A stretch of DNA of 64,000 bases from the human T2T-CHM13v2.0 reference genome, Homo sapiens: NCBI RefSeq assembly GCF_009914755.1, contig NC_060930.1. One strand, written 5' to 3'. This document shows, piece by piece, positions 23,442 through 38,100 of this stretch (positions are counted from its first letter, which is position 1; each line of letters begins with the position of its first letter). The position numbers were made by a program, and so were the translations under genes. The notes beneath the pieces are model-generated. The model did no database searches and was not told the origin of the DNA. It saw only the letters and a program-made list of their open reading frames with translations.

Positions 23442-26400
23442 CCTCAGAAACAACTTTGTGATGTGTGCGTTGAACTCACCGTCTTTAACCTTTCTTTTGG
23501 TAGAGAAGTTTTGAAACACTCTCTTTGTAAAGTCTACAAGTGGATATTTTGAGCCCTTGGAGGCATTCTTTGGAAAAGGGAATGTCTTCACATAAAAGGC
23601 AGACGGAAGTGTTCTCAGAAACTGCTTTGTGATGTCTGTGTTCAACTCACAGAGTTTAACATTTCCTTTGATAGAGCGGTTTAGTAACCCTCTCTTTGTA
23701 GAATTTGGAAGTGTATACTAAGAGCGCTTTGAGGCCTATGGTAGAAAAGGAAATATCTTTCCATAAAAGCTAGACAGAAGCAATCTCAGAAACTCCTCTG
23801 TGATGTCTGCATTCAACTCACCGAGTGGAACATTCCTCTTGAGAGAGCAGTTTGGAAACACTCTTTCTGTAGAATCAGCTTGTTTGTATTTGGACCTCCT
23901 TGAGGCCTTCGTTGGAAACGGGTTTTCATCTTATAAACCCAGACAGAAGAATTCTCAGAGTCTTCTTTGTGATGTGTGCTTTCAACTCACCGAGATAAAG
24001 ATTTCTCTTGATAGAGCAATTTGGAAACACTCTTTTTGTAGAATTTGCAAGGGTACATTGAGAGCGCTTTCAGGCCTATGGTAGAAAAGGGAATATCTTT
24101 CCATAAAAGGTAGACAGAAGCAATCTCAGAAACTACTTTGTGATGTGTGCATTCAACTCACCGAGTGCAACGTTCCTCTTGACCGAGCAGTTTGGAAACA
24201 TTGTTTCTGTAGAATCTGCAAGTGGATATTTGGACCTCTTTGAGGCCTTCGTTGGAAACGGGATTTCTTCCTATAAACCCAGACAGAAGAATTCTCAGAG
24301 ACTTCTTTGTGATGTGTGAATTCAACTCACAGTGTGGATCCTTCCTTTTGATAGAGCAGTTTTGAAACCCTGTTTTTGTAGTATTTCCAAGCGGATATTC
24401 GGAACGCCTTGAAGCGTATGGTAGAAAAGGAAATATCTTCCCATAAAACCTAGACAGAACCAATCTCAGAAACGACTTTGTGATGTCTGCATTCAAGTCA
24501 CAGAGTTGAACATTTCTCTTGATAGAGCAGTTTTGAAACCCTCTTTCTGAAGGATCTGCAAGTGGATATTTGGAACTCCTTTGGGTCTTCGTTGGAAACG
24601 GGATTTCTTCGTATAAATCTAGACAGAAGAATTCTCCGAAACTTCTTTGGTTGTGTGCATTCAAGTCACAGAGTGGAACCTTCCTTTGGATAGAGCAGTT
24701 TGAAACGCCGTGGTTGTAGTATTTCCAAGCGGATATTAGAGCGCCTTGAGGCCTATGGTAGAAAAGGAAATATCTTCCCATAAAACCTAGACGGAAGCAA
24801 TCTCAGAAACTACTGTGTGATGGCTGCATTCCACACACACGGTGGAACATTTCTCTTGATAGAGCAGTTTTGAAACACTCTTTCTGTAGAATCTGCAAGT
24901 GGATAATTGGACCGCCTTGAGGCCTTCGTTGGAAACGGGATTTCTTCATGTTACTCTAGATAGAAGAATTCTCAAACACTGCTATGTGATGTTTGCATTC
25001 AAGTCACAGAGTGCAACATTCCTCTTGGTAGAGCAGTTGGGAAACACTCCTTTTGTAGAATCTGCAATGGGATATTTGGACTTCTTTGAGGCCTTCGTTG
25101 GAAACGGGATTTCTTCGTATGAATCTAGACAGAAGAATTCTCAGAAACTTCCTTGTGATGTGTGCATTCAACTCAGCGAGTGGCACCTTCCTTTGGATAC
25201 AGCAGTTTTGAAACACTTTTTGTAGTATTTCCAAGCGGATATTTAGAGCGCCTTGAAGTCTATGCTAGAAATGGAAATATCTCCCCATAAAACCAAGACA
25301 GAAGCAATCTCAGAAACTAATGTGTGATGGCTGCATTCCACACACACGGTGGACCATTTCTCTTGATAGAGCAGTTTTGAAACACTCTTTCTGTAGAATC
25401 TGCAAGTGGATAATTGGACCTCCTAGAGGCCTTCGTTGGAAACGGGATTTCTTCATCTAAACCTACAGAGAAGAATTCTCAGTAACTTCTTCGGATGTGT
25501 GCATTCGACGCACAGAATGGAACATTCCCTTTGATAGAGCAGTTTTGAGACACCGTTTTTGTAGAATTCCCAAGTGGATATTTAGAGCACTTTGAAGTCT
25601 CTGCTAGAAAAGGAAACATCTTCATGTAAAAAGTAGATAGAATCGTTCTCAGAAAGTGCTTAGTGACGTGTGCGTTCAACTCACAGAGTTTAACGTTTCT
25701 TTTGATAGAGCGTTTCTGAAACACCCTTCTTGTAGTAGCTGCAAGTGGATATTTGGACCTATTGGAGGCCTTCTTTGGAAATGGGATTTCTTCATGTAAC
25801 TCTAGATTGAAGAGTTCTCAGAAACTCCTTTGTGATGTGTGCATTCAATTCAAAGAGTGAAACCTCCCTTTTCACAGAGCAGTTTTGAAACACTGTTTTT
25901 GTAGGATTTCCAAGGGGATATTTATAGCGCATTGAGCCTACGGCGGAAAAAGAAACATCTTCCTATAAAAACTAGACAGAATACTTCTCAGAATCTGCTT
26001 TGCGATGTGTGCGTTCAACTCACAGAGTAAAACTTTTCTTTTGATAGAGCAGTTTTGAAACACTCTTTTTGTAGTATTTGCATGTGTATATTTAGAGCGC
26101 ATTGAAGCCCACAGTAGAAAAGGAAATAACTTCACCTAAAACCTAGACAGAAGCAATCTCAGAAACTACTTTGTGATGTGTACATTCAACTCACAGAGTG
26201 GAACTTTCCTCTTTATAGAGCAGTGTTGAAACACTCTTTTTGTAGAAACTGCAAGTGGATATTTGGACCTCTTTGAGGCCTTCGTTGGAAACGGGATTTC
26301 TTCCTATAACCCTAGACAGAAGAATTTTCAGAAACCTCATTGTGATGTGTGCGTTCATCTCACAGAGTGGAGTCTTCCGTTTGATAGAGAAGTTTTGAAA

Positions 26401-26496
26401 CCCTGTTCTTGTAGGATTTCCAAGTGGATATTTAGACCACTTTGAAGCCTATGATAGAAAAGGAAACATCTTCATGGAAAACATAGATAGAATCAT
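23442..26496 (+). repeat. 18-mer HOR with 2-bp deletion (3,055 bp), unit 9
   Basis: AAACACTTTTTGTAG near 25217 versus AAACACTGTTTTTGTAG in other units; spacing 27139-24084=3055. Confidence 0.92.
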
Positions 26497-29047
26497 CCTC
26501 AGAAACAACTTTGTGATGTGTGCGTTGAACTCACCGTCTTTAACCTTTCTTTTGGTAGAGAAGTTTTGAAACACTCTCTTTGTAAAGTCTACAAGTGGAT
26601 ATTTTGAGCCCTTGGAGGCATTCTTTGGAAAAGGGAATGTCTTCACATAAAAGGCAGACGGAAGTGTTCTCAGAAACTGCTTTGTGATGTCTGTGTTCAA
26701 CTCACAGAGTTTAACATTTCCTTTGATAGAGCGGTTTAGTAACCCTCTCTTTGTAGAATTTGGAAGTGTATACTAAGAGCGCTTTGAGGCCTATGGTAGA
26801 AAAGGAAATATCTTTCCATAAAAGCTAGACAGAAGCAATCTCAGAAACTCCTTTGCGATGTCTGCATTCAACTCACCGAGTGGAACATTCCTCTTGAGAG
26901 AGCAGTTTGGAAACACTCTTTCTGTAGAATCAGCTTGTTTGTATTTGGACCTCCTTGAGGCCTTCGTTGGAAACGGGTTTTCATCTTATAAACCCAGACA
27001 GAAGAATTCTCAGAGTCTTCTTTGTGATGTGTGCTTTCAACTCACCGAGATAAAGATTTCTCTTGATAGAGCAATTTGGAAACACTCTTTTTGTAGAATT
27101 TGCAAGGGTACATTGAGAGCGCTTTCAGGCCTATGGTAGAAAAGGGAATATCTTTCCATAAAAGGTAGACAGAAGCAATCTCAGAAACTACTTTGTGATG
27201 TGTGCATTCAACTCACCGAGTGCAACGTTCCTTTTGACCGAGCAGTTTGGAAACATTGTTTCTGTAGAATCTGCAAGTGGATATTTGGACCTCTTTGAGG
27301 CCTTCGTTGGAAACGGGATTTCTTCCTATAAACCCAGACAGAAGAATTCTCAGAGACTTCTTTGTGATGTGTGAATTCAACTCACAGTGTGGATCCTTCC
27401 TTTTGATAGAGCAGTTTTGAAACCCTGTTTTTGTAGTATTTCCAAGCGGATATTTGGAACGCCTTGAAGCGTATGGTAGAAAAGGAAATATCTTCCCATA
27501 AAACCTAGACAGAACCAATCTCAGAAACGACTTTGTGATGTCTGCATTCAAGTCACAGAGTTGAACATTTCTCTTGATAGAGCAGTTTTGAAACCCTCTT
27601 TCTGAAGGATCTGCAAGTGGATATTTGGAACTCCTTTGGGTCTTCGTTGGAAACGGGATTTCTTCGTATAAATCTAGACAGAAGAATTCTCAGAAACTTC
27701 CTTGTGATGTGTGCATTCAACTCAGCGAGTGGCACCTTCCTTTGGATACAGCAGTTTTGAAACACTGTTTTTGTAGTATTTCCAAGCGGATATTTAGAGC
27801 GCCTTGAAGCCTATGCTAGAAATGGAAATATCTCCCCATAAAACCAAGACGGAAGCAATCTCAGAAACTAATGTGTGATGGCTGCATTCCACACACACGG
27901 TGGACCATTTCTCTTGATAGAGCAGTTTTGAAACACTCTTTCTGTAGAATCTGCAAGTGGATAATTGGACCTCCGAGAGGCCTTCGTTGGAAACGGGATT
28001 TCTTCATCTAAACCTACAGAGAAGTATTCTCAGTAACTTCTTCGGATGTGTGCATTCGACGCACAGAATGGAACATTCCCTTTGATAGAGCAGTTTTGAG
28101 ACACCGTTTTTGTAGAATTCCCAAGTGGATATTTAGAGCACTTTGAAGTCTCTGCTAGAAAAGGAAACATCATCATGTAAAAAGTAGATAGAATCGTTCT
28201 CAGAAAGTGCTTAGTGTCGTGTGCGTTCAACTCACAGAGTTTAACGTTTCTTTTGATAGAGCGTTTCTGAAACACCCTTCTTGTAGTAGCTGCAAGTGGA
28301 TATTTGGACCTATTGGAGGCCTTCTTTGGAAACGGGATTTCTTCATGTAACTCTAGATTGAAGAATTCTCAGAAACTCCTTTGTGATGTGTGCATTCAAT
28401 TCAAAGAGTGAAACCTCTCTTTTCACAGAGCAGTTTTGAAACACTGTTTTTGTAGGATTTCCAAGGGGATATTTATAGCGCATTGAGCCTACGGCGGAAA
28501 AAGAAACATCTTCCTATAAAAACTAGACAGAATACTTCTCAGAATCTGCTTTGCGATGTGTGCGTTCAACTCACAGAGTAAAACTTTTCTTTTGATAGAG
28601 CAGTTTTGAAACACTCTTTTTGTAGTATTTGCATGTGTATATTTAGAGCGCATTGAAGCCCACAGTAGAAAAGGAAATAACTTCACCTAAAACCTAGACA
28701 GAAGCAATCTCAGAAACTACTTTGTGATGTGTACATTCAACTCACAGAGTGGAACTTTCCTCTTTATAGAGCAGTGTTGAAACACTCTTTTTGTAGAAAC
28801 TGCAAGTGGATATTTGGACCTCTTTGAGGCATTCGTTGGAAACGGGATTTCTTCCTATAACCCTAGACAGAAGATTTTTCAGAAACCTCATTGTGATGTG
28901 TGCGTTCATCTCACAGAGTGGAGTCTTCCGTTTGATAGAGAAGTTTTGAAACCCTGTTCTTGTAGGATTTCCAAGTGGATATTTAGACCACTTTGAAGCC
29001 TATGATAGAAAAGGAAACATCTTCATGGAAAACATAGATAGAATCAT
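26497..29047 (+). repeat. 15-mer HOR variant type II, unit 10
   Basis: Spacing 2551; same junction at 27671-27691. Confidence 0.95.
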
Positions 29048-32000
29048 CCTCAGAAACAACTTTGTGATGTGTGCGTTGAACTCACCGTCTTTAACCTTTC
29101 TTTTGGTAGAGAAGTTTTGAAACACTCTCTTTGTAAAGTCTACAAGTGGATATTTTGAGCCCTTGGAGGCATTCTTTGGAAAAGGGAATGTCTTCACATA
29201 AAAGGCAGACGGAAGTGTTCTCAGAAACTGCTTTGTGATGTCTGTGTTCAACTCACAGAGTTTAACATTTCCTTTGATAGAGCGGTTTAGTAACCCTCTC
29301 TTTGTAGAATTTGGAAGTGTATACTAAGAGCGCTTTGAGGCCTATGGTAGAAAAGGAAATATCTTTCCATAAAAGCTAGACAGAAGCAATCTCAGAAACT
29401 CCTCTGTGATGTCTGCATTCAACTCACCGAGTGGAACATTCCTCTTGATAGAGCAGTTTGGAAACACTCTTTCTGTAGAATCAGCTTGTTTGTATTTGGA
29501 CCTCCTTGAGGCCTTCGTTGGAAACGGGTTTTCATCTTATAAACCCAGACAGAAGAATTCTCAGAGTCTTCTTTGTGATGTGTGCTTTCAACTCACCGAG
29601 ATAAAGATTTCTCTTGATAGAGCAATTTGGAAACACTCTTTTTGTAGAATTTGCAAGGGTACATTGAGAGCGCTTTCAGGCCTATGGTAGAAAAGGGAAT
29701 ATCTTTCCATAAAAGGTAGACAGAAGCAATCTCAGAAACTACTTTGTGATGTGTGCATTCAACTCACCGAGTGCAACGTTCCTCTTGACCGAGCAGTTTG
29801 GAAACATTGTTTCTGTAGAATCTGCAAGTGGATATTTGGACCTCTTTGAGGCCTTCGTTGGAAACGGGATTTCTTCCTATAAACCCAGACAGAAGAATTC
29901 TCAGAGACTTCTTTGTGATGTGTGAATTCAACTCACAGTGTGGATCCTTCCTTTTGATAGAGCAGTTTTGAAACCCTGTTTTTGTAGTATTTCCAAGCGG
30001 ATATTTGGAACGCCTTGAAGCGTATGGTAGAAAAGGAAATATCTTCCCATAAAACCTAGACAGAACCAATCTCAGAAACGACTTTGTGATGTCTGCATTC
30101 AAGTCACAGAGTTGAACATTTCTCTTGATAGAGCAGTTTTGAAACCCTCTTTCTGAAGGATCTGCAAGTGGATATTTGGAACTCCTTTGGGTCTTCGTTG
30201 GAAACGGGATTTCTTCGTATAAATCTAGACAGAAGAATTCTCCGAAACTTCTTTGGTTGTGTGCATTCAAGTCACAGAGTGGAACCTTCCTTTGGATAGA
30301 GCAGTTTGAAACGCCGTGGTTGTAGTATTTCCAAGCGGATATTAGAGCGCCTTGAGGCCTATGGTAGAAAAGGAAATATCTTCCCATAAAACCTAGACGG
30401 AAGCAATCTCAGAAACTACTGTGTGATGGCTGCATTCCACACACACGGTGGAACATTTCTCTTGATAGAGCAGTTTTGAAACACTCTTTCTGTAGAATCT
30501 GCAAGTGGATAATTGGACCGCCTTGAGGCCTTCGTTGGAAACGGGATTTCTTCATGTTACTCTAGATAGAAGAATTCTCAAACACTGCTATGTGATGTTT
30601 GCATTCAAGTCACAGAGTGCAACATTCCTCTTGGTAGAGCAGTTGGGAAACACTCCTTTTGTAGAATCTGCAATGGGATATTTGGACTTCTTTGAGGCCT
30701 TCGTTGGAAACGGGATTTCTTCGTATGAATCTAGACAGAAGAATTCTCAGAAACTTCCTTGTGATGTGTGCATTCAACTCAGCGAGTGGCACCTTCCTTT
30801 GGATACAGCAGTTTTGAAACACTGTTTTTGTAGTATTTCCAAGCGGATATTTAGAGCGCCTTGAAGCCTATGCTAGAAATGGAAATATCTCCCCATAAAA
30901 CCAAGACAGAAGCAATCTCAGAAACTAATGTGTGATGGCTGCATTCCACACACACGGTGGACCATTTCTCTTGATAGAGCAGTTTTGAAACACTCTTTCT
31001 GTAGAATCTGCAAGTGGATAATTGGACCTCCTAGAGGCCTTCGTTGGAAACGGGATTTCTTCATCTAAACCTACAGAGAAGAATTCTCAGTAACTTCTTC
31101 GGATGTGTGCATTCGACGCACAGAATGGAACATTCCCTTTGATAGAGCAGTTTTGAGACACCGTTTTTGTAGAATTCCCAAGTGGATATTTAGAGCACTT
31201 TGAAGTCTCTGCTAGAAAAGGAAACATCTTCATGTAAAAAGTAGATAGAATCGTTCTCAGAAAGTGCTTAGTGACGTGTGCGTTCAACTCACAGAGTTTA
31301 ACGTTTCTTTTGATAGAGCGTTTCTGAAACACCCTTCTTGTAGTAGCTGCAAGTGGATATTTGGACCTATTGGAGGCCTTCTTTGGAAATGGGATTTCTT
31401 CATGTAACTCTAGATTGAAGAGTTCTCAGAAACTCCTTTGTGATGTGTGCATTCAATTCAAAGAGTGAAACCTCCCTTTTCACAGAGCAGTTTTGAAACA
31501 CTGTTTTTGTAGGATTTCCAAGGGGATATTTATAGCGCATTGAGCCTACGGCGGAAAAAGAAACATCTTCCTATAAAAACTAGACAGAATACTTCTCAGA
31601 ATCTGCTTTGCGATGTGTGCGTTCAACTCACAGAGTAAAACTTTTCTTTTGATAGAGCAGTTTTGAAACACTCTTTTTGTAGTATTTGCATGTGTATATT
31701 TAGAGCGCATTGAAGCCCACAGTAGAAAAGGAAATAACTTCACCTAAAACCTAGACAGAAGCAATCTCAGAAACTACTTTGTGATGTGTACATTCAACTC
31801 ACAGAGTGGAACTTTCCTCTTTATAGAGCAGTGTTGAAACACTCTTTTTGTAGAAACTGCAAGTGGATATTTGGACCTCTTTGAGGCCTTCGTTGGAAAC
31901 GGGATTTCTTCCTATAACCCTAGACAGAAGAATTTTCAGAAACCTCATTGTGATGTGTGCGTTCATCTCACAGAGTGGAGTCTTCCGTTTGATAGAGAAG

Positions 32001-35000
32001 TTTTGAAACCCTGTTCTTGTAGGATTTCCAAGTGGATATTTAGACCACTTTGAAGCCTATGATAGAAAAGGAAACATCTTCATGGAAAACATAGATAGAA
32101 TCATCCTCAGAAACAACTTTGTGATGTGTGCGTTGAACTCACCGTCTTTAACCTTTCTTTTGGTAGAGAAGTTTTGAAACACTCTCTTTGTAAAGTCTAC
32201 AAGTGGATATTTTGAGCCCTTGGAGGCATTCTTTGGAAAAGGGAATGTCTTCACATAAAAGGCAGACGGAAGTGTTCTCAGAAACTGCTTTGTGATGTCT
32301 GTGTTCAACTCACAGAGTTTAACATTTCCTTTGATAGAGCGGTTTAGTAACCCTCTCTTTGTAGAATTTGGAAGTGTATACTAAGAGCGCTTTGAGGCCT
32401 ATGGTAGAAAAGGAAATATCTTTCCATAAAAGCTAGACAGAAGCAATCTCAGAAACTCCTCTGTGATGTCTGCATTCAACTCACCGAGTGGAACATTCCT
32501 CTTGAGAGAGCAGTTTGGAAACACTCTTTCTGTAGAATCAGCTTGTTTGTATTTGGACCTCCTTGAGGCCTTCGTTGGAAACGGGTTTTCATCTTATAAA
32601 CCCAGACAGAAGAATTCTCAGAGTCTTCTTTGTGATGTGTGCTTTCAACTCACCGAGATAAAGATTTCTCTTGATAGAGCAATTTGGAAACACTCTTTTT
32701 GTAGAATTTGCAAGGGTACATTGAGAGCGCTTTCAGGCCTATGGTAGAAAAGGGAATATCTTTCCATAAAAGGTAGACAGAAGCAATCTCAGAAACTACT
32801 TTGTGATGTGTGCATTCAACTCACCGAGTGCAACGTTCCTCTTGACCGAGCAGTTTGGAAACATTGTTTCTGTAGAATCTGCAAGTGGATATTTGGACCT
32901 CTTTGAGGCCTTCGTTGGAAACGGGATTTCTTCCTATAAACCCAGACAGAAGAATTCTCAGAGACTTCTTTGTGATGTGTGAATTCAACTCACAGTGTGG
33001 ATCCTTCCTTTTGATAGAGCAGTTTTGAAACCCTGTTTTTGTAGTATTTCCAAGCGGATATTTGGAACGCCTTGAAGCGTATGGTAGAAAAGGAAATATC
33101 TTCCCATAAAACCTAGACAGAACCAATCTCAGAAACGACTTTGTGATGTCTGCATTCAAGTCACAGAGTTGAACATTTCTCTTGATAGAGCAGTTTTGAA
33201 ACCCTCTTTCTGAAGGATCTGCAAGTGGATATTTGGAACTCCTTTGGGTCTTCGTTGGAAACGGGATTTCTTCGTATAAATCTAGACAGAAGAATTCTCC
33301 GAAACTTCTTTGGTTGTGTGCATTCAAGTCACAGAGTGGAACCTTCCTTTGGATAGAGCAGTTTGAAACGCCGTGGTTGTAGTATTTCCAAGCGGATATT
33401 AGAGCGCCTTGAGGCCTATGGTAGAAAAGGAAATATCTTCCCATAAAACCTAGACGGAAGCAATCTCAGAAACTACTGTGTGATGGCTGCATTCCACACA
33501 CACGGTGGAACATTTCTCTTGATAGAGCAGTTTTGAAACACTCTTTCTGTAGAATCTGCAAGTGGATAATTGGACCGCCTTGAGGCCTTCGTTGGAAACG
33601 GGATTTCTTCATGTTACTCTAGATAGAAGAATTCTCAAACACTGCTATGTGATGTTTGCATTCAAGTCACAGAGTGCAACATTCCTCTTGGTAGAGCAGT
33701 TGGGAAACACTCCTTTTGTAGAATCTGCAATGGGATATTTGGACTTCTTTGAGGCCTTCGTTGGAAACGGGATTTCTTCGTATGAATCTAGACAGAAGAA
33801 TTCTCAGAAACTTCCTTGTGATGTGTGCATTCAACTCAGCGAGTGGCACCTTCCTTTGGATACAGCAGTTTTGAAACACTGTTTTTGTAGTATTTCCAAG
33901 CGGATATTTAGAGCGCCTTGAAGCCTATGCTAGAAATGGAAATATCTCCCCATAAAACCAAGACAGAAGCAATCTCAGAAACTAATGTGTGATGGCTGCA
34001 TTCCACACACACGGTGGACCATTTCTCTTGATAGAGCAGTTTTGAAACACTCTTTCTGTAGAATCTGCAAGTGGATAATTGGACCTCCTAGAGGCCTTCG
34101 TTGGAAACGGGATTTCTTCATCTAAACCTACAGAGAAGAATTCTCAGTAACTTCTTCGGATGTGTGCATTCGACGCACAGAATGGAACATTCCCTTTGAT
34201 AGAGCAGTTTTGAGACACCGTTTTTGTAGAATTCCCAAGTGGATATTTAGAGCACTTTGAAGTCTCTGCTAGAAAAGGAAACATCTTCATGTAAAAAGTA
34301 GATAGAATCGTTCTCAGAAAGTGCTTAGTGTCGTGTGCGTTCAACTCACAGAGTTTAACGTTTCTTTTGATAGAGCGTTTCTGAAACACCCTTCTTGTAG
34401 TAGCTGCAAGTGGATATTTGGACCTATTGGAGGCCTTCTTTGGAAATGGGATTTCTTCATGTAACTCTAGATTGAAGAGTTCTCAGAAACTCCTTTGTGA
34501 TGTGTGCATTCAATTCAAAGAGTGAAACCTCCCTTTTCACAGAGCAGTTTTGAAACACTGTTTTTGTAGGATTTCCAAGGGGATATTTATAGCGCATTGA
34601 GCCTACGGCGGAAAAAGAAACATCTTCCTATAAAAACTAGACAGAATACTTCTCAGAATCTGCTTTGCGATGTGTGCGTTCAACTCACAGAGTAAAACTT
34701 TTCTTTTGATAGAGCAGTTTTGAAACACTCTTTTTGTAGTATTTGCATGTGTATATTTAGAGCGCATTGAAGCCCACAGTAGAAAAGGAAATAACTTCAC
34801 CTAAAACCTAGACAGAAGCAATCTCAGAAACTACTTTGTGATGTGTACATTCAACTCACAGAGTGGAACTTTCCTCTTTATAGAGCAGTGTTGAAACACT
34901 CTTTTTGTAGAAACTGCAAGTGGATATTTGGACCTCTTTGAGGCCTTCGTTGGAAACGGGATTTCTTCCTATAACCCTAGACAGAAGAATTTTCAGAAAC

Positions 35001-35161
35001 CTCATTGTGATGTGTGCGTTCATCTCACAGAGTGGAGTCTTCCGTTTGATAGAGAAGTTTTGAAACCCTGTTCTTGTAGGATTTCCAAGTGGATATTTAG
35101 ACCACTTTGAAGCCTATGATAGAAAAGGAAACATCTTCATGGAAAACATAGATAGAATCAT
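29048..35161 (+). repeat. Two 18-mer HOR copies (units 11-12)
   Basis: 3,057-bp spacing of landmarks. Confidence 0.95.
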
Positions 35162-38100
35162 CCTCAGAAACAACTTTGTGATGTGTGCGTTGAACTCACC
35201 GTCTTTAACCTTTCTTTTGGTAGAGAAGTTTTGAAACACTCTCTTTGTAAAGTCTACAAGTGGATATTTTGAGCCCTTGGAGGCATTCTTTGGAAAAGGG
35301 AATGTCTTCACATAAAAGGCAGACGGAAGTGTTCTCAGAAACTGCTTTGTGATGTCTGTGTTCAACTCACAGAGTTTAACATTTCCTTTGATAGAGCGGT
35401 TTAGTAACCCTCTCTTTGTAGAATTTGGAAGTGTATACTAAGAGCGCTTTGAGGCCTATGGTAGAAAAGGAAATATCTTTCCATAAAAGCTAGACAGAAG
35501 CAATCTCAGAAACTCCTTTGCGATGTCTGCATTCAACTCACCGAGTGGAACATTCCTCTTGAGAGAGCAGTTTGGAAACACTCTTTCTGTAGAATCAGCT
35601 TGTTTGTATTTGGACCTCCTTGAGGCCTTCGTTGGAAACGGGTTTTCATCTTATAAACCCAGACAGAAGAATTCTCAGAGTCTTCTTTGTGATGTGTGCT
35701 TTCAACTCACCGAGATAAAGATTTCTCTTGATAGAGCAATTTGGAAACACTCTTTTTGTAGAATTTGCAAGGGTACATTGAGAGCGCTTTCAGGCCTATG
35801 GTAGAAAAGGGAATATCTTTCCATAAAAGGTAGACAGAAGCAATCTCAGAAACTACTTTGTGATGTGTGCATTCAACTCACCGAGTGCAACGTTCCTCTT
35901 GACCGAGCAGTTTGGAAACATTGTTTCTGTAGAATCTGCAAGTGGATATTTGGACCTCTTTGAGGCCTTCGTTGGAAACGGGATTTCTTCCTATAAACCC
36001 AGACAGAAGAATTCTCAGAGACTTCTTTGTGATGTGTGAATTCAACTCACAGTGTGGATCCTTCCTTTTGATAGAGCAGTTTTGAAACCCTGTTTTTGTA
36101 GTATTTCCAAGCGGATATTCGGAACGCCTTGAAGCGTATGGTAGAAAAGGAAATATCTTCCCATAAAACCTAGACAGAACCAATCTCAGAAACGACTTTG
36201 TGATGTCTGCATTCAAGTCACAGAGTTGAACATTTCTCTTGATAGAGCAGTTTTGAAACCCTCTTTCTGAAGGATCTGCAAGTGGATATTTGGAACTCCT
36301 TTGGGTCTTCGTTGGAAACGGGATTTCTTCGTATAAATCTAGACAGAAGAATTCTCAGAAACTTCCTTGTGATGTGTGCATTCAACTCAGCGAGTGGCAC
36401 CTTCCTTTGGATACAGCAGTTTTGAAACACTGTTTTTGTAGTATTTCCAAGCGGATATTTAGAGCGCCTTGAAGCCTATGCTAGAAATGGAAATATCTCC
36501 CCATAAAACCAAGACAGAAGCAATCTCAGAAACTAATGTGTGATGGCTGCATTCCACACACACGGTGGACCATTTCTCTTGATAGAGCAGTTTTGAAACA
36601 CTCTTTCTGTAGAATCTGCAAGTGGATAATTGGACCTCCTAGAGGCCTTCGTTGGAAACGGGATTTCTTCATCTAAACCTACAGAGAAGAATTCTCAGTA
36701 ACTTCTTCGGATGTGTGCATTCGACGCACAGAATGGAACATTCCCTTTGATAGAGCAGTTTTGAGACACCGTTTTTGTAGAATTCCCAAGTGGATATTTA
36801 GAGCACTTTGAAGTCTCTGCTAGAAAAGGAAACATCTTCATGTAAAAAGTAGATAGAATCGTTCTCAGAAAGTGCTTAGTGTCGTGTGCGTTCAACTCAC
36901 AGAGTTTAACGTTTCTTTTGATAGAGCGTTTCTGAAACACCCTTCTTGTAGTAGCTGCAAGTGGATATTTGGACCTATTGGAGGCCTTCTTTGGAAATGG
37001 GATTTCTTCATGTAACTCTAGATTGAAGAGTTCTCAGAAACTCCTTTGTGATGTGTGCATTCAATTCAAAGAGTGAAACCTCCCTTTTCACAGAGCAGTT
37101 TTGAAACACTGTTTTTGTAGGATTTCCAAGGGGATATTTATAGCGCATTGAGCCTACGGCGGAAAAAGAAACATCTTCCTATAAAAACTAGACAGAATAC
37201 TTCTCAGAATCTGCTTTGCGATGTGTGCGTTCAACTCACAGAGTAAAACTTTTCTTTTGATAGAGCAGTTTTGAAACACTCTTTTTGTAGTATTTGCATG
37301 TGTATATTTAGAGCGCATTGAAGCCCACAGTAGAAAAGGAAATAACTTCACCTAAAACCTAGACAGAAGCAATCTCAGAAACTACTTTGTGATGTGTACA
37401 TTCAACTCACAGAGTGGAACTTTCCTCTTTATAGAGCAGTGTTGAAACACTCTTTTTGTAGAAACTGCAAGTGGATATTTGGACCTCTTTGAGGCCTTCG
37501 TTGGAAACGGGATTTCTTCCTATAACCCTAGACAGAAGAATTTTCAGAAACCTCATTGTGATGTGTGCGTTCATCTCACAGAGTGGAGTCTTCCGTTTGA
37601 TAGAGAAGTTTTGAAACCCTGTTCTTGTAGGATTTCCAAGTGGATATTTAGACCACTTTGAAGCCTATGATAGAAAAGGAAACATCTTCATGGAAAACAT
37701 AGATAGAATCATCCTCAGAAACAACTTTGTGATGTGTGCGTTGAACTCACCGTCTTTAACCTTTCTTTTGGTAGAGAAGTTTTGAAACACTCTCTTTGTA
37801 AAGTCTACAAGTGGATATTTTGAGCCCTTGGAGGCATTCTTTGGAAAAGGGAATGTCTTCACATAAAAGGCAGACGGAAGTGTTCTCAGAAACTGCTTTG
37901 TGATGTCTGTGTTCAACTCACAGAGTTTAACATTTCCTTTGATAGAGCGGTTTAGTAACCCTCTCTTTGTAGAATTTGGAAGTGTATACTAAGAGCGCTT
38001 TGAGGCCTATGGTAGAAAAGGAAATATCTTTCCATAAAAGCTAGACAGAAGCAATCTCAGAAACTCCTTTGCGATGTCTGCATTCAACTCACCGAGTGGA

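Noticed and set aside
28831-28847. Variant CENP-B box ATTCGTTGGAAACGGGA as a loss-of-function site
   Set aside because: The change is at position 1, outside the 9 essential core bases.
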